Origin: Paecilomyces variotii
Lineage: Eukaryota
Strand: one strand, 5' to 3'
Assembly (NCBI GenBank): GCA_004022145.1
Contig: RCNU01000014.1
Length of the DNA stretch: 64,000 nucleotides
The notes under the pieces are model-generated. The model saw only the letters and a list, made by a program, of their open reading frames with translations, was not told the DNA's origin and did no database searches. A program made the translations under genes and the position numbers. Positions 36,801 through 49,892 of the stretch are shown here, piece by piece; position 1 is the first letter of the stretch; every line of letters starts with the position of its first letter.

Positions 36801-39115
36801 AGTCTATGACAATATCCGGAGCCAAGGGTTCAAGTGTCAATGCCAATCTTATTTCTTGCAACCTTGGTCAGCAGGTTCTGGAAGGTCGGAGAGTACCTGT
36901 CATGATCAGCGGAAAGACCCTGCCGTCCTTCAGAGCTTTTGAGACTCACCCAGTTGCTGGTGGTTATGTGTCCGGTCGTTTCTTGACTGGAATCAAACCA
37001 CAGGAATACTACTTCCACGCAATGGCTGGACGTGAGGGTCTTATCGATACTGCCGTCAAGACGTCCAGATCTGGTTATCTTCAGCGTTGTTTGATCAAGG
37101 GAATGGAAGGTCTAAAGGCTGAATATGACAGCTCTGTTCGTGAGACGTCGGATGGGTCGGTCGTTCAGTTCTTGTACGGAGAGGATGGTCTGGATATCAC
37201 GAAGCAGGTCCACCTGCGTGATTTCAGCTTTCTGGCCTCGAACTACGTATCTATGATGGCCCAAGTTAACTTGACCAGCGACTTCCGGAGTCTCGAGAAG
37301 GAGGAGGTGACAGCATGGCACAAGGACGCCATGAAGAAGGTGCGGAAGACAGGAAAACTCGATGCGATGGACCCTGTTCTCTCGCTTTACCACCCTGGTG
37401 GAAACCTGGGCGCCACTTCAGAAGCCTTCTCTCAGGCTGTCAAGAAGGTATGTCGAAATGCTTGCACATCTTCCACACGCAGAAGACAATGCTAACAACT
37501 ATGTGATATTTAGTACGAAGATGCTAATGCCGACAAACTGTTGCGGGATAAGAAGGCGGGCGTTGAAGGTGTTCTTAGTAAGAAGGCTTTCAACACCTTG
37601 CTGAATATGAAGTACATGAAATCGGTCGTCGAGCCTGGAGAAGCCGTCGGTATTGTTGCCGGTCAATCCGTCGGAGAGCCGTCCACCCAGATGACGCTCA
37701 ACACCTTCCACTTGGCAGGTCACTCGGCCAAGAACGTGACACTGGGTATTCCTCGACTGCGTGAAATTGTCATGACTGCTAGTGCTCAGATCATGACGCC
37801 GACAATGACGCTGGTTCTGAACGAAGAGCTCTCTGAAGATGACAGCGAGAAGTTCGCCAAGGCCATCAGCAAGCTCAGTATCGCAGAAGTCATTGATAAA
37901 CTCCAGGTTAGAGAGAGTATCTCAGCAAAGGGTAGTGCTCGCGCCAAGGTCTATGACATCCATATCGACCTCTTCCCCTCAGAAGAGTATACGAAGGAAT
38001 ATGCTATCCAGATCAAGGATGTTTTGAACGCTCTGCAGGCCAAGTTCGTTCCCAGGCTTGTCAAGCTGGCTCGGGTAGAGCTGAAGAGGCGAGAAGATGA
38101 GAAGACCCTCAAGGCGCACTCTACCGCCCAGCCCGAGATTGGTGTATCCGTTGGCACCATCGAGGAGGAACCTCGACACGCGAGTCGGGCTAATGAACTG
38201 GCTGATGACGATGTCGAGGATGACGAAGACGATGCGAAGCGCGCCCGGGACGGACAGAACCGATCGAACCAGGTTTCATACGAGGCACCCGACGATGAGG
38301 AGGAGAACATTATTCGACGACAGCAGAGCCCTGAAGCCGAGTCAGATGACGAGGAAGAAGAGAGCAAACCGCGCAAGGATCGTGACGTGGAGATGGCCGA
38401 TGCATCGGACGACGAAGATTCCGATGACGAGCAGGTAAAGGACTCGAAGCTCCGTGAAGACGATATCAAGAACAAGTTTGCCGAGATCACCCGATTCAAG
38501 TTCGACCAGAAGAAGGGCGACTCTTGCAGGATTCAACTGCAGTACGACATCGACACCCCCAAGCTTCTGCTGCTTCCGCTTGTTGAAGACGCTGCTCGAT
38601 TCGCTGTCATCCAGTCGATTCCCGGTCTCGGAAACTGCACGTACGTCAAGGGAGATGAACTCAAGGGCGAGCCGGCTCACGTCGTCACTGAGGGTGTTAA
38701 CCTCCTCGCGATGCGTGATTACCAGGATATCATCAAGCCTCACTCTCTCTACACCAACTCCATCCACCACATGCTCACTTTCTATGGTGTCGAGGCAGCA
38801 CGTGGCTCCATCGTCCGTGAAATGGCGGCAGTCTTCGAGAGTCACAGTATCTCCGTTGACAACCGTCATCTGAACCTGATCGGAGATGTCATGACACAGA
38901 GTGGTGGCTTCCGTGCATTCAACCGCAATGGTCTCGTCAAAGACAGCTCGTCTCCTTTGTCGAAGATGAGTTTCGAGACCACAGTCGGTTTCTTGAAGGA
39001 AGCTGTCCTGGAGAGAGATTGGGACAACCTCAAGAACCCCAGCAGCAGAATCGTTGTTGGTCGCGTTGGCACCGTCGGTACTGGTGGATTCGATGTCCTC
39101 GCACCTGTAGCATAG
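33867..39115 (+). CDS. rpa1: DNA-directed RNA polymerase I largest subunit (4 exons)
   Basis: GGLYDPALG, CNGHPGHIEL, KKEGLFRKNMMGKRVN, catalytic YNADFDGDEMN, GREGLIDTAVKTSRSGYLQR, GEPSTQMTLNTFH. Introns near 34052-34109, 34598-34647 and 37448-37513. Confidence 0.97.
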
Positions 39116-39666
39116 GTCGGCTGAGAAGAAAGGCCGAAGACCGGTGGCACCCTCTGTTTACTGAAGTTTGTCTCTTGTAGTTCTACTCTGTCATACTTGT
39201 TTGTCTCTCTCGCTTGTTGATATCTATTTTTTGCATCCGTGTCTGTCACGTGTCCCATGAACCTGGAGTTTTGCCTTTCGATGTCAACTATTATATCGTT
39301 CTTTTGTTATCGTCAATTAGCGACGGAAAAAAAGATAGAACCAAAAGTGATATATTCTGTTCAAGAAAGAGTATTTATCCATTTATCTGTGATTTCTTTC
39401 TGTTTGAATGAATGAACGTAGAATCGATAACTCAGGTAGTACCTTGTTGAATGCAGCGCTGAGAAGTAATCCCAATTTTCTCTCAAAGTTTTCCTCATTT
39501 CTTTTTCCTCTTCCAGAAACACCTAAGGACCGCCGTGGTATCATGATCTCATAATATCGCACAAGAGAGAAGTAGATTTAAGACGCCTGAAAATGCTCAT
39601 AGAAAACTTTCCCCCAGTCTCCAATAATACAAAACGGAATCAGCAAAAGTAAGTAAGGATAATAAA

Positions 39667-42217
39667 TTAGTCTGCGTCCAACATCATCAGCTCTTCATCG
39701 ATATCATCGTCGAATTCGTCTCGTTGGACAGCACCGACGCCGCTTGTGCCGTTCGTACCAGCTACAGCGTTGACGGCGGCTTCTCTCATGAGACGTTCCT
39801 CTTCCATCTTCTGCTTCTGGAGATGACGTTCTAGATCTGCGAGGCTCCAGGTGGAGATTCCCTCCTGATCTTTGGCTTTAAAAGGCTGCGCCATCGTCCG
39901 AAGGAAGTTCTTAGCTGTTGCGACGGCCATATCGGTACTGAGGTTTGTTTCACTCTCGAGCATTGCTTGATTGATCCACTTAGGGAGCTGGGTTCGCTTC
40001 TTCTGGAAACGGCGATCTGCCAGAACCATGACTCCGTAATCATCCTTGCCACGAAGGACACGACCCAGACACTGCGCGGCATGTCTCATTGCGTCGAAGG
40101 ATAAGAAGTCGTTCTCCCTGATGCGGTAGTTCTCCCGGAGGAATTCGAGGCGAGCCTTCAGGATACGTGATTCTGTATATTGGAAGGGCACGCCAATGCA
40201 AATCACAGCGCGTCCGTAATGATGATCGAAATCGATACCTTCGGAGACCTTTCCTCGGGCGACACAAAACAAGACAGCTCCGCGTCCATTGCAGCACGCC
40301 GTGCGATATGTCTCGAGAGCAAGTGAAGATTCTTGGGAATCGGGAGTTTCCACAAGGATCAATTTGTAGTTCCATATAGAGTCCAGGATTCCCATTCCTT
40401 GCCACATGCTGATAATGGACTCCATGTAGAGATAAGAGGGGAAGAACACAACAACTCCATCGGGTGTAATGCGAGCGAACTCGAGCACTAGACTACCATA
40501 ATTCCGCACGACACCTGGGTCATTACGGATCTGGAAAGACGACGATATCTGTGCCTGATCGGAACCACGTGTGACGATCATTGGCAGGAAGGAGCGACGG
40601 GCAAGAGTCATACTGTAGGACTCCTGAAGAACGGTCGTGAAACCAAGCATCTTGGGGTACATCTCCAGAGGAGACAATGTTCCTGACGTGATGATAACCG
40701 AGCTAAACCTGTCAAAGACCGGTTTTATTGCAATGGCCGCGTCCAGACAAGTGAAGTGCAAGATAGGATTTGGTACTGTGGCTGTCTCCGACTCGAATGG
40801 TTCCAATATGAGTAGGAAACCTTTGTCGTAGGTTGCAGCAAGTGTCGCAAATGTGGCGACTTCCTGGAGGGGCTGATAATCTTCTATATTGACGAGTTCC
40901 AGAGTTCGGACCAACGAAGTGAGACGTTCAGCACAAAATCTTAATGGTTTCCGTTCTATGTACGTCAGATCTTTCAAATGGGTGAGGAAGGATGGTGGCG
41001 TTTCGGAGATCGTATGCGTGACCTTCATTCGAGTCTTCAGGTACTCGATGAATCTTTTCAGAAAGGCAACGAAATGTTCTGCCCTGCGTATGTTACCCGG
41101 GACAGCCTCTTTGAGAAGATCATCCGGTAGAACAGGATTTGCCATAAACTGGTCCTCATCTCTAGCTTCTTCCGCTTCTCGAAGTCCTTCCACCAGCTTT
41201 GAGTATTCGTTCTGTAATTTCTCCGCATCTGTGCTTTTCATTTCCTGGATCTTCCGCTCAAGATTGCTTGCGCCCTTTGTAGCTTTTCGAAGGGAGTCTT
41301 CCGTCAGGTCGATGCTCAAAGATTCAATGCAGACGTTGTCAATATTGTGAGCTTCGTCGAAAACAACTATGCAATCCTTCGATAGCTCGCGCGATACTCT
41401 CTCTGCAATCTTAGGGTCAAGGAGGTAGTGGTAAGAATAGATAATAACGTTGCAAAACGGCATCTGATAAAGTTAGAAGCTAGCACGTGATGGTGGAAAA
41501 TAGAGAATTTACCATGCGCCGTGCGGAAAAATATGGGCATTGCTTGTGCTGCTCTCCGTACTTTAATAGCCCGTCAAGAGTGAAAACTCCTGGCGGCACC
41601 AGGTTATGAGGTTCGAGAAGGTCGAGATTCTATTTTTGTTAGTAAGTCGAAATAAGGTGTTTGTATAGGAGGCATACCTCGTGATATATACAGAGATCGA
41701 CATCCTCGCCTTTTTCCTTCTTTTCCTTGACAAAGCTTGCAGTCAAACTTCTGCACCTAGCGTCGACCACGGCACCACTCTTTTCCCTCTTGACAGACGG
41801 GTGAAGACACAGGTTCTTTCGACTAGTCAGCCCTAGAGCTCGAAAGTCCTCAGTGTAACCAAGTTGTGAAGTCCGGTATTTCATCAGCTCCTTGAGTTCC
41901 GTCAAGGCTTTCTCGATCTCCGACATTGTTCGCGAACAGTAGATCAGCTTTCGATGCTCGGGATAGTGCTGTTGGTAAGCAATAATTAACGATAACAGAG
42001 ATACCGTCTTCCCTGTGCCTGAGGGCATCTCGAGCACACAGTGACCCCCTGCATCGAGGGTCTTCTTGAGGTCGCACATGTATGCATATTGTTCAGGATA
42101 TATACGCGGATATGGGAAGAGAACGGGCAGATCGCTGGTGAAAAGTAAAGCAAAGTGTCAGAAGCTGTAGCACCCCAGGGGACAGTATAGAGACACTTAC
42201 TCAATAAAGAACTTCAT
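39667..42217 (-). CDS. rad3: TFIIH/NER helicase XPD (Rad3/Rad15), multi-exon
   Basis: EMPSGTGKT, Fe-S cysteines (RKNLCLHP, CRSLTA), FDEAHNID, TSGTLSP, RGKVSEGIDF, QCLGRVLRGKDDYG. Confidence 0.97.
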
Positions 42218-42578
42218 GGTTGCCGGTTGGATGCAGCCTCCTGAGCTGCCCGAACCGCTGATATGCGGATGAAGCTCTCTCAATAATGCTGATCGGCCAG
42301 ACCGCCCGGCGCGTCGGATTTGCAATTAACGCCGCGAGAGACACCAGGTCACGTGGCCGTGTAGGACTGACTAAGCGTCATACCTTCGTACAGGCTTCCA
42401 TGGCCGCAGCGGGGATGAAGAAGACGGTCAAAGAGACTGATACCCTTTTCCTAGTGTATTGATGGTTAAACAGCCTGATTTACTGTTGTGACATTACTTT
42501 GATGTTTTCTTTCGTTTTCTCACTTTCCATTTCTTCCATGATACAGAGGGGTATATCGGAGCCATTTAACCCCACATT

Positions 42579-45500
42579 ATGAGTAAAAAATTCAGATCGC
42601 AGGCATCAAGCAGTCGCGCTGCTGCTGGAGGCTTTGGTGCATTTTCTAGTTCTTTTGGAGGATTTTCTACAGGATTTTCTTCTCAGGGAGACGGCCCCTC
42701 GTCTCTAACATACATTGCTGAACCCCCGGATCTTTCCCGGATATCAGAGCCACAGCTGGCTATTGCATTCAAGAACCTCCTCAAGAAGGATGACACCACA
42801 AGAACAAAAGCATTAGAAGACTTGAGAGAGTACATATCAACAGTCGAAAATAAGAAAGGAACAGTTGATGATGGCTTTCTGGAGGCATGGGTATGTTATT
42901 CTATACGCACCAATAAAAATGAAGTCACCTGGTAACAACCATTCCGGCTTGCAGATTAAGATATATCCGCGTACTTCAATAGATATATCGCGCAGGGTTC
43001 GCCAGCTGGCCCATTCAATTCAAGGGTCCGTTGCCTCTCTTACGGGGAAGCGTATCGTCCGTCACCTTCCCAAGGTAATCGGTGCTTGGCTTGCTGGTCT
43101 GTATGACAATGACAGACCCGTTGTCCGATCCGCACAGGAGTCTTTCTCGCGTGTATTTGCAACAGAAGACAAGAGAGCAAGTGTGTGGAAGATCTACCAG
43201 AACGCTGTACTCTTATTCGCGGAAGATGTCATTCTTCATCAGAACCCCTTAACCTTGAGTGATGAAAGGACGACTAAGCCGGATGATGCAGAAGCCAAAT
43301 ATGCCCGCGTTTTAGGGACTGCTTTGTCTTTGTTGACCCGTATTCTTAGTACGTTTCCTTCGTCAATACTTACATTTTAACTGCGCTAAACTTCACACAG
43401 GTCAGGCGTCTGAGGAAGATCTGCAAAAGGACCTTACTTTGATTGAGAGTCTCCTCGGAAGCAAACAGTTATGGTCCTTCTCGCACCATGATGATCCTTT
43501 TGTACGCCGGGCTACCTATCAGCTTCTCCGAGCTGCCGTCGCCAAAGAACCAGCGGCATTGGACTGGAAGGTTATCAGTTCGGCAATCATTGGGAAATCA
43601 TTGAATGCATCCCAAATAGGGTCATCTGCCGAACTGTCCGCTTCTCTTCTGCAAGTGACTCAGGTCAGGCCACAAGTCTGGACAGATGATTATTCCGGAA
43701 AAACAGCTGCGTCTAAGCGGCTCCGCCAATACATACAAAAGGGTTCTCAAGGGGCATCTAGTTCCTACTGGTCAAATCTGACCCAGTTGCTAAAAGTTGT
43801 TCCCGTGGAGGCATTGGCAAAGGAGGATCATGGTTTGGCAGCTAGTGGAAAGATCGGACTTCCGGATGCGAGCTCTTTGATGGAGGCGTTCCAGGACGGA
43901 TTGAACTCAAGGGAGGAGCCGCGACAAAACCTGGCGGTAGGCTGGAAATCATATGTCGAGACTGCAATTCGGTTCTTGACGCTATTACCGGAAGACGACA
44001 CAGCAAAGTTCGTCGAGGAAAGAATATTTCCGATAGTCGAACAATATGTGTTCGCAACCCCCGATGGATCTCGGTGGACACTTCCCTTCCAATCCGCCCA
44101 GACCTTGTGTTCTGATTCTGTTGCTGCGCTAGCTCTTCGTGGCTACGACAATCTCAAATCTTTATGGGCGTCACTAACCAACAAGCTACTGCAATCTGTT
44201 AAGCTATCTTCTCCTGAACAGTCAAAGGACTTCAGATCGTCGCAAGACGCCGTGTGCGCTCAAGCGAAGCGTCTGTTCACAGTGGAAGCGTCAGTGCTTA
44301 ATAGTCTGTCTCCCTCAGGGAATGAACATCAAGTTCGAGAGATTTTTGAGACTGTCGGCATACCCCTACTGAAAGACTGCCTGGAAGTTTTGCTTTCCAG
44401 AAATGGTAAATCGTACAGTGCCGCAGCGGTCGTTGATGAGACTGTCCGTCATACTCCCCAGATTGCTAAGCACTCAAAGGAACTTACAAACTTCGTTCAA
44501 GAAGACCTTCCCGGCCTTCTATTCTCGCCTTCTGCTGATAGGTTGATGGGAATAGTCTTAGCATGTCGGGATTGGCCAGGCTTCGAGCAGAGCTTTGACA
44601 AGGCCGTCGAAAGCATCGTGGGCGTTGAGCCGGACGAGTCTAACATCCACGCGCTTGAAAAGCTATTGTCTACAGTCGACTTCAAAGGCATCCATGATCC
44701 CGCCGAACTCGAAAGCATGGTTATGCGGAGCGTCTCTAGGGCCTGCAAAGGCAGCCAGCTGAACTGGTCTATTGTTACAGCTGTTGTCGGAAATGTGACA
44801 TCCCACGGCGAATTAACAGATCGTATCCTTACTTCAATCATTGACGGTTTGTCCAATGATGAAACTGCTCCGGAAGCTTTGCATGGTCTATCTCAGATCG
44901 CCTCTCGGTCTCCTTCTGCAATGCAGCGTTTCAGGACAGGCGATTACGGGTCAAAACTAGTTGGGAAGCTACTTTATCTTAAGGAGTCTCCTTCAGATGA
45001 CCTCTCGCAACTTGCAGAATCTCTGGACCAGAAACTTAAGATCATGGTTGTCGAAGACGTGAGCTCAAAATCGAGTCTAGAGATACTTCAGCATAACTTA
45101 GCTGAAGTTAGCGTTGAGTCCCTCTCGTCAGTAAACCCTTCTTCAATGTCTGCTCAAAACCGTGGTCCATACTGACTGGTTTTAGTGTCGACTCCTTGGT
45201 TGCGATTGCCGAAGAACTTATACAAGCAGCAAGTCCAGAGAATAAGAAGCAGACAGTGGCTAATATATTACCTTCTCGTCACTTGTGGGAGCGTTCTCTT
45301 GAGCCATTCTTAGCCCTCCCTCCGAGACAGTCAACAGCTATCACCAGTGTTCTAGGTGGGATTGTCTATCTTACCGATCGTGATCTTTCGGAAGATTTCT
45401 GGCAAAAATGGAATGATATACCGCGTGACTCCAACGGCAGTTCATCTGCGTTCCGATTGGCGTCATACGTCACGAATATACTGTCTTCATCTGACTTGGC

Positions 45501-47863
45501 CCAGTACCTCGATACGGAGGAGCTCGAGACACTGTTTTACTATCTTCCTCTGGCTGTGCAACTGATTGATGATGATCTAAGCATCGAAGGCTGCAATAGC
45601 ATAACTGGTCTGGAAGCCTCGGAAGAACGGGAAGAGCACATGGAGATAGTGATGGAAGGTCGATCTATCATTAACAGTTGGATTCGGGTGGGTGGCTCTT
45701 CAGTATCTGGTGATGCGGCAAGTCTCTCATCTGCACTTGTCAGTTTTTGGGAAAGCAAGCTAGAGTCCCTAAGAGGCAACTCTCCAGAAGAGTACAGGGT
45801 AGGGGAGGCCTTTGTGAAGATAATGTCGGAGGTAGACTCTTCGAGACTGGGGAAGTCTGCAGACTTCTTGACAAACTTATCGAAAGAAGTGCGGAAGTCA
45901 AATGTTATCCGTTCCGCTGCATGGCTCTCTGTATTGCGAGACTCTGTGGTATCTCTACCGGCCGGAACCAGACTTTGCAATGAACTGATTGCCGACGGTA
46001 CCGGAATAGATCCTCAGAAGAAACGCAGCGATGGTAAGTTCGGTTTCTCTATTTTATATTTATGAGTTCTGACAATTGCAAGCTCTCCGAACATTATCAC
46101 TTCTGAATCTCCTGGCCCAGGGAGATGAGGATGTGGCCGCTTCGGTTCCTACGCAGCGACTCGTCTTCCTTGTGAAGAATCTAGTACAGCGCTGGCAGTC
46201 AGATCTTGATTTTCTGGATGTCAAGGCTGAGATCCTTAAAGTTCTAACCTTCATTCTTCCTTCACTGAAGGAGATATACGGCTCCCACTGGGCAGAGACC
46301 ATGGAGATACTGAGCACTACTTGGAAGGAGACTAATGGGGGTGATGAGGGCTTGCCTTTGTTGCATGCTTCTTTCAGACTATTTGCACGCCTGAAGTCTA
46401 TGCTAAACGACGAGGTCAATGATGATCTTGTGGATGCGTGGTCGGAATCTAAAGCAGATCTGGTGAATAACCTGATTTCGACCCTGCATAAGATTGGTGA
46501 GTCTTTCAAACCATAGTCATACATATATAGAGATGCGGTTAACTAAACACATTACAGACTCTTCCGCCGCGTTCCACCAGCCCCAAAATGCGACGGCTGA
46601 TCTACTATGCCGCCTGATTGGTAGTATTTCGATAGACAATCTCGATAATGTGGGCGAGATATACCCGCTCCTCAATGCTCAGAGTCGAGGCATCCAGCGA
46701 GCTGCCTATGAAGTTCTGCACCGTTATATCCCTAAGAGACAAGAACAAGTTTCGTTTGACGTCGCCCTATCGAAGTCAACTGCCGCATTGCCGGATGAGC
46801 TTCTTTCTCTCTTGCTTGAACCGCCTACTATGGAGGAAATTTCCGCTTCCTACGGTGAAGAAAGGACCTGGATTAGCTTGCGGTCCTACCTTCTTAGCTG
46901 GAAGGTGGTATTTGATCACTTCTCTAATGCGGTTAGTGCCCCATCCAGCACTATATAAAGCCATTTTCTGACTTTTTGATCATAGTCTCTCACCGTTCAA
47001 GAGAATTACGCGACTAACATCAAAGAGAATGGGACATTGATTCCACTTCTGGACTTCACTTTCGACTTCCTGCAAAAGTCAAACGGGAAACTTGCAGATG
47101 CGTCCAAGTTCCACGTCCGCTCTTTTGAACTGGACCAGTCCGAGAATTCTGAGAAAGAGATCCAGTGGCTGTTGGTGCACTTGTATTTCTTGTCTCTAAA
47201 GTATCTTCCGAATATCACCAAAGCCTGGTGGCTCGATACGAAGAAGCGTATCAAAGGCCCTGTAGAAGCGTGGACGGAAAGATTCGTAAGGAAGACTCTT
47301 TGTGGCAATCTTTGAATCAATCAACTGACCAGAGGAACCAGATCTCCCCACTGATTATCGAAGACTCTCTAAACAGTGTTTCAGAGTGGACAACTACTCA
47401 AGACCCGAATGAAGAGCGAGCACTTAGCGTCAAGGTTTCGCCGAAAGCGGCCGAACTGATTGCCAGTATCCCTGTCGATGAGGAATCACCTCCCGTTGCT
47501 ATCGTCATAACTCTTCCTTCCGCATATCCTCTCCACCCTGCCATCGTGGCAGGAAAGAGCCGAGTTCTAGTCGACGAGAAAAAGTGGAGAAGCTGGCTCT
47601 TGACTATCCAAGGTGTGATCATGTTCTCGAACGGCAATCTTGTCGACGGACTGCTCGCGTTCAGAAAGAACGTACAGGGTGCTCTCCAGGGCCAAAGCGA
47701 GTGTGCAATTTGCTATTCGGTCATTTCTACGGATATGCAAACACCGAACAAGCGCTGCGCGACCTGCAAGAACACGTTCCACTCTGTCTGCCTGTTCCGT
47801 TGGTTCAAGAGCAGTAACCAGAGTACGTGTCCTCTTTGCCGGAACAACTTTGTTTATGTATAA
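42579..47863 (+). CDS. rkr1: E3 ubiquitin ligase listerin (Ltn1/Rkr1), multi-exon
   Basis: N-terminal FKNLLKKDDTTRTKALEDL and YPRTSIDISRRVR, HEAT-like body, RWD-like region and C-terminal RING ECAICYS...CATCKNTFHSVCLFRWFKSSNQSTCPLCR. Confidence 0.95.
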
Positions 47864-48561
47864 GGACGTATGACTGCACAGGTTTGCAAAATTTGTTTAT
47901 GCCCAGGCGCGTTTTATTGGTATAGATTTGGCTAGAATTTCCTGATAGCCGCGTCATCTAACTCCAATCAAATGAGTTCTGCACGTGAAGTTCTTGTTTG
48001 CTTATACAGGGCCTTGAAATACAGGTTGAATGGACCAGTTGTATTGGAGTGGTGGTATATTGAGCAGGGGATTCGGAATGAATGTCCCTGTTAAGCTCAT
48101 GTGATCGACGTGTCTTATCCCCCAGGCAGGATTGGACATCCCATTGATATATTTCCGCTCGTCCGCATTGTATTTTGAATTCATATAATTGTAGCTGTAG
48201 CTAAAAGATCGTCAAATCGCTCCCCAAATCGCTTCTCTCCACGGTGGATAACAACAAGTGTAGTGTTACCGCACACATAGAATTACTATCGTCATAAACA
48301 AGTGGACGACGAGGAGTCTGAAATACCACAATTAAATGCTTCATTGGAACGCATTGTATTTTTATCCTGCTAATATACGATAAGATAACCAACCCCAAAC
48401 AAATCAATCTCGGCCTGCGGGGCAACCCTTCTCTTTACCCCACCAACAACTCCGAAGCAGCTCCGCAGAGCTCCAGCCGGAGTATTCTGAACAGAGATTC
48501 GTTTCGTCTATACTTCTGCGAAAGAAGAACAGCTCACGCTTAGCCGCCTTCTCTTGTCCTC

Positions 48562-49892
48562 ATGTCCGCTTCCCAAATTCCGAACCTCAACACTCTCCGT
48601 CGCGGCGGTGGTAGAGGAAGTCGTCTGAGAGGTCGCGGCGGCGGTTTGGCTTCAGGAGATCAACACGGAACCGGGAGCAGTGCAGCGTCAGCGAAGGATC
48701 GAGTCGTCCAGAACACGGACAATGATGCTAGCGTTTCGAGACTAAGCGCGGTGGAATTGGGGTATTTGGAAGATCCGTTCGCGAAAGCATTGACTGCGCC
48801 GGGGCCAGGCACGAGGCGATTCCCGATAATAAACCGAGGTGAGTTCGTTCAAGGGGTGTGGCTATCTTTCAATGCTTTTTCCAAGGAGCGGCATATTTCG
48901 TTGCATTGGGTTATGTCAATTGACTCGATTTTTGAAATCAAGGGACATATGTTCGCACAGCCGCAATTGATATCCTCGTCTCCCGATTCCTTCGTTCTCC
49001 AGATGGACAACCGCCACGAAAGAAGCAGATTATATCCCTGGGTGCAGGCTCAGACACGCGTGTTTTTAGGCTTCTGTCTCGTGTACCACACACAGATATT
49101 ATATATCATGAGTTAGACTTCCCTGCCAACACAGCAGGAAAGATTAAGGCCATTCGAGCGTCGCCGTTGCTACAAAAAGCGCTGAGTATAGGAAAAGCGG
49201 AGGACCTGACAATCTCGGAGGCAGGAGATGCGCTTCATTCTCCATCTTATCATATCCATCCCATTGATCTGCGCTCTCTTGCTTCGTCAGCTCTGTCATC
49301 GTCGGAATCCGGCTCAGGGTCGCTATTACTACAAGGCGTTGATACATCACTTCCCACCCTACTTCTGTCAGAATGCTGCCTTATCTACCTATCTCCGGCA
49401 GAAGCAGACGGCGTAGTTGATTACTTCACAAAGACTCTCTTTCGTTCTTCGAACAACTCTGGCCCCGCCACACCCACGCAAGACTCGCCGTCACCAGCTT
49501 CAGAGCCACCAACTGTACCCTTGGGAATAGTTATATACGAACCTATTCGGCCAGATGATCCATTCGGTAACACCATGGTGTCGAACCTGGCAACACGCGG
49601 TATCCAGCTACAGACACTACACAAGTACGCATCGTTAAATGCGCAGCGACAACGACTCCAGGACCACGGCTTCAATGAAGGCCAAGAGGTGGCAGATATC
49701 GACTTCATCTGGGAGCGTTGGGTGAGTGATGCGGAGAAGGAGCGGGTTTCTGGACTGGAAATGCTGGACGAAGTGGAGGAGTGGAGGCTGTTGGCGCAAC
49801 ACTACTGTATCGTTTGGGGCTGGAGAGAAGGCCCCGGGTCAGATGGAGTGTTTGATGGGTGGAAGGAGATTGAGGCACAGCATGAGAAGTGA
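48562..49892 (+). CDS. ppm1: Leucine carboxyl methyltransferase 1 (intron about 48839-48941)
   Basis: VQNTDNDASVSRLSAVELGYLEDPF, PIINRGTYVR, QIISLGAGSDTR, LSECCLIYL, LEMLDEVEEWRLLAQHY. Confidence 0.93.

Noticed and set aside
34724-37495. Intein or insertion in the RNA polymerase I subunit
   Set aside because: Conserved polymerase blocks are contiguous, with no intein splicing or LAGLIDADG motifs.
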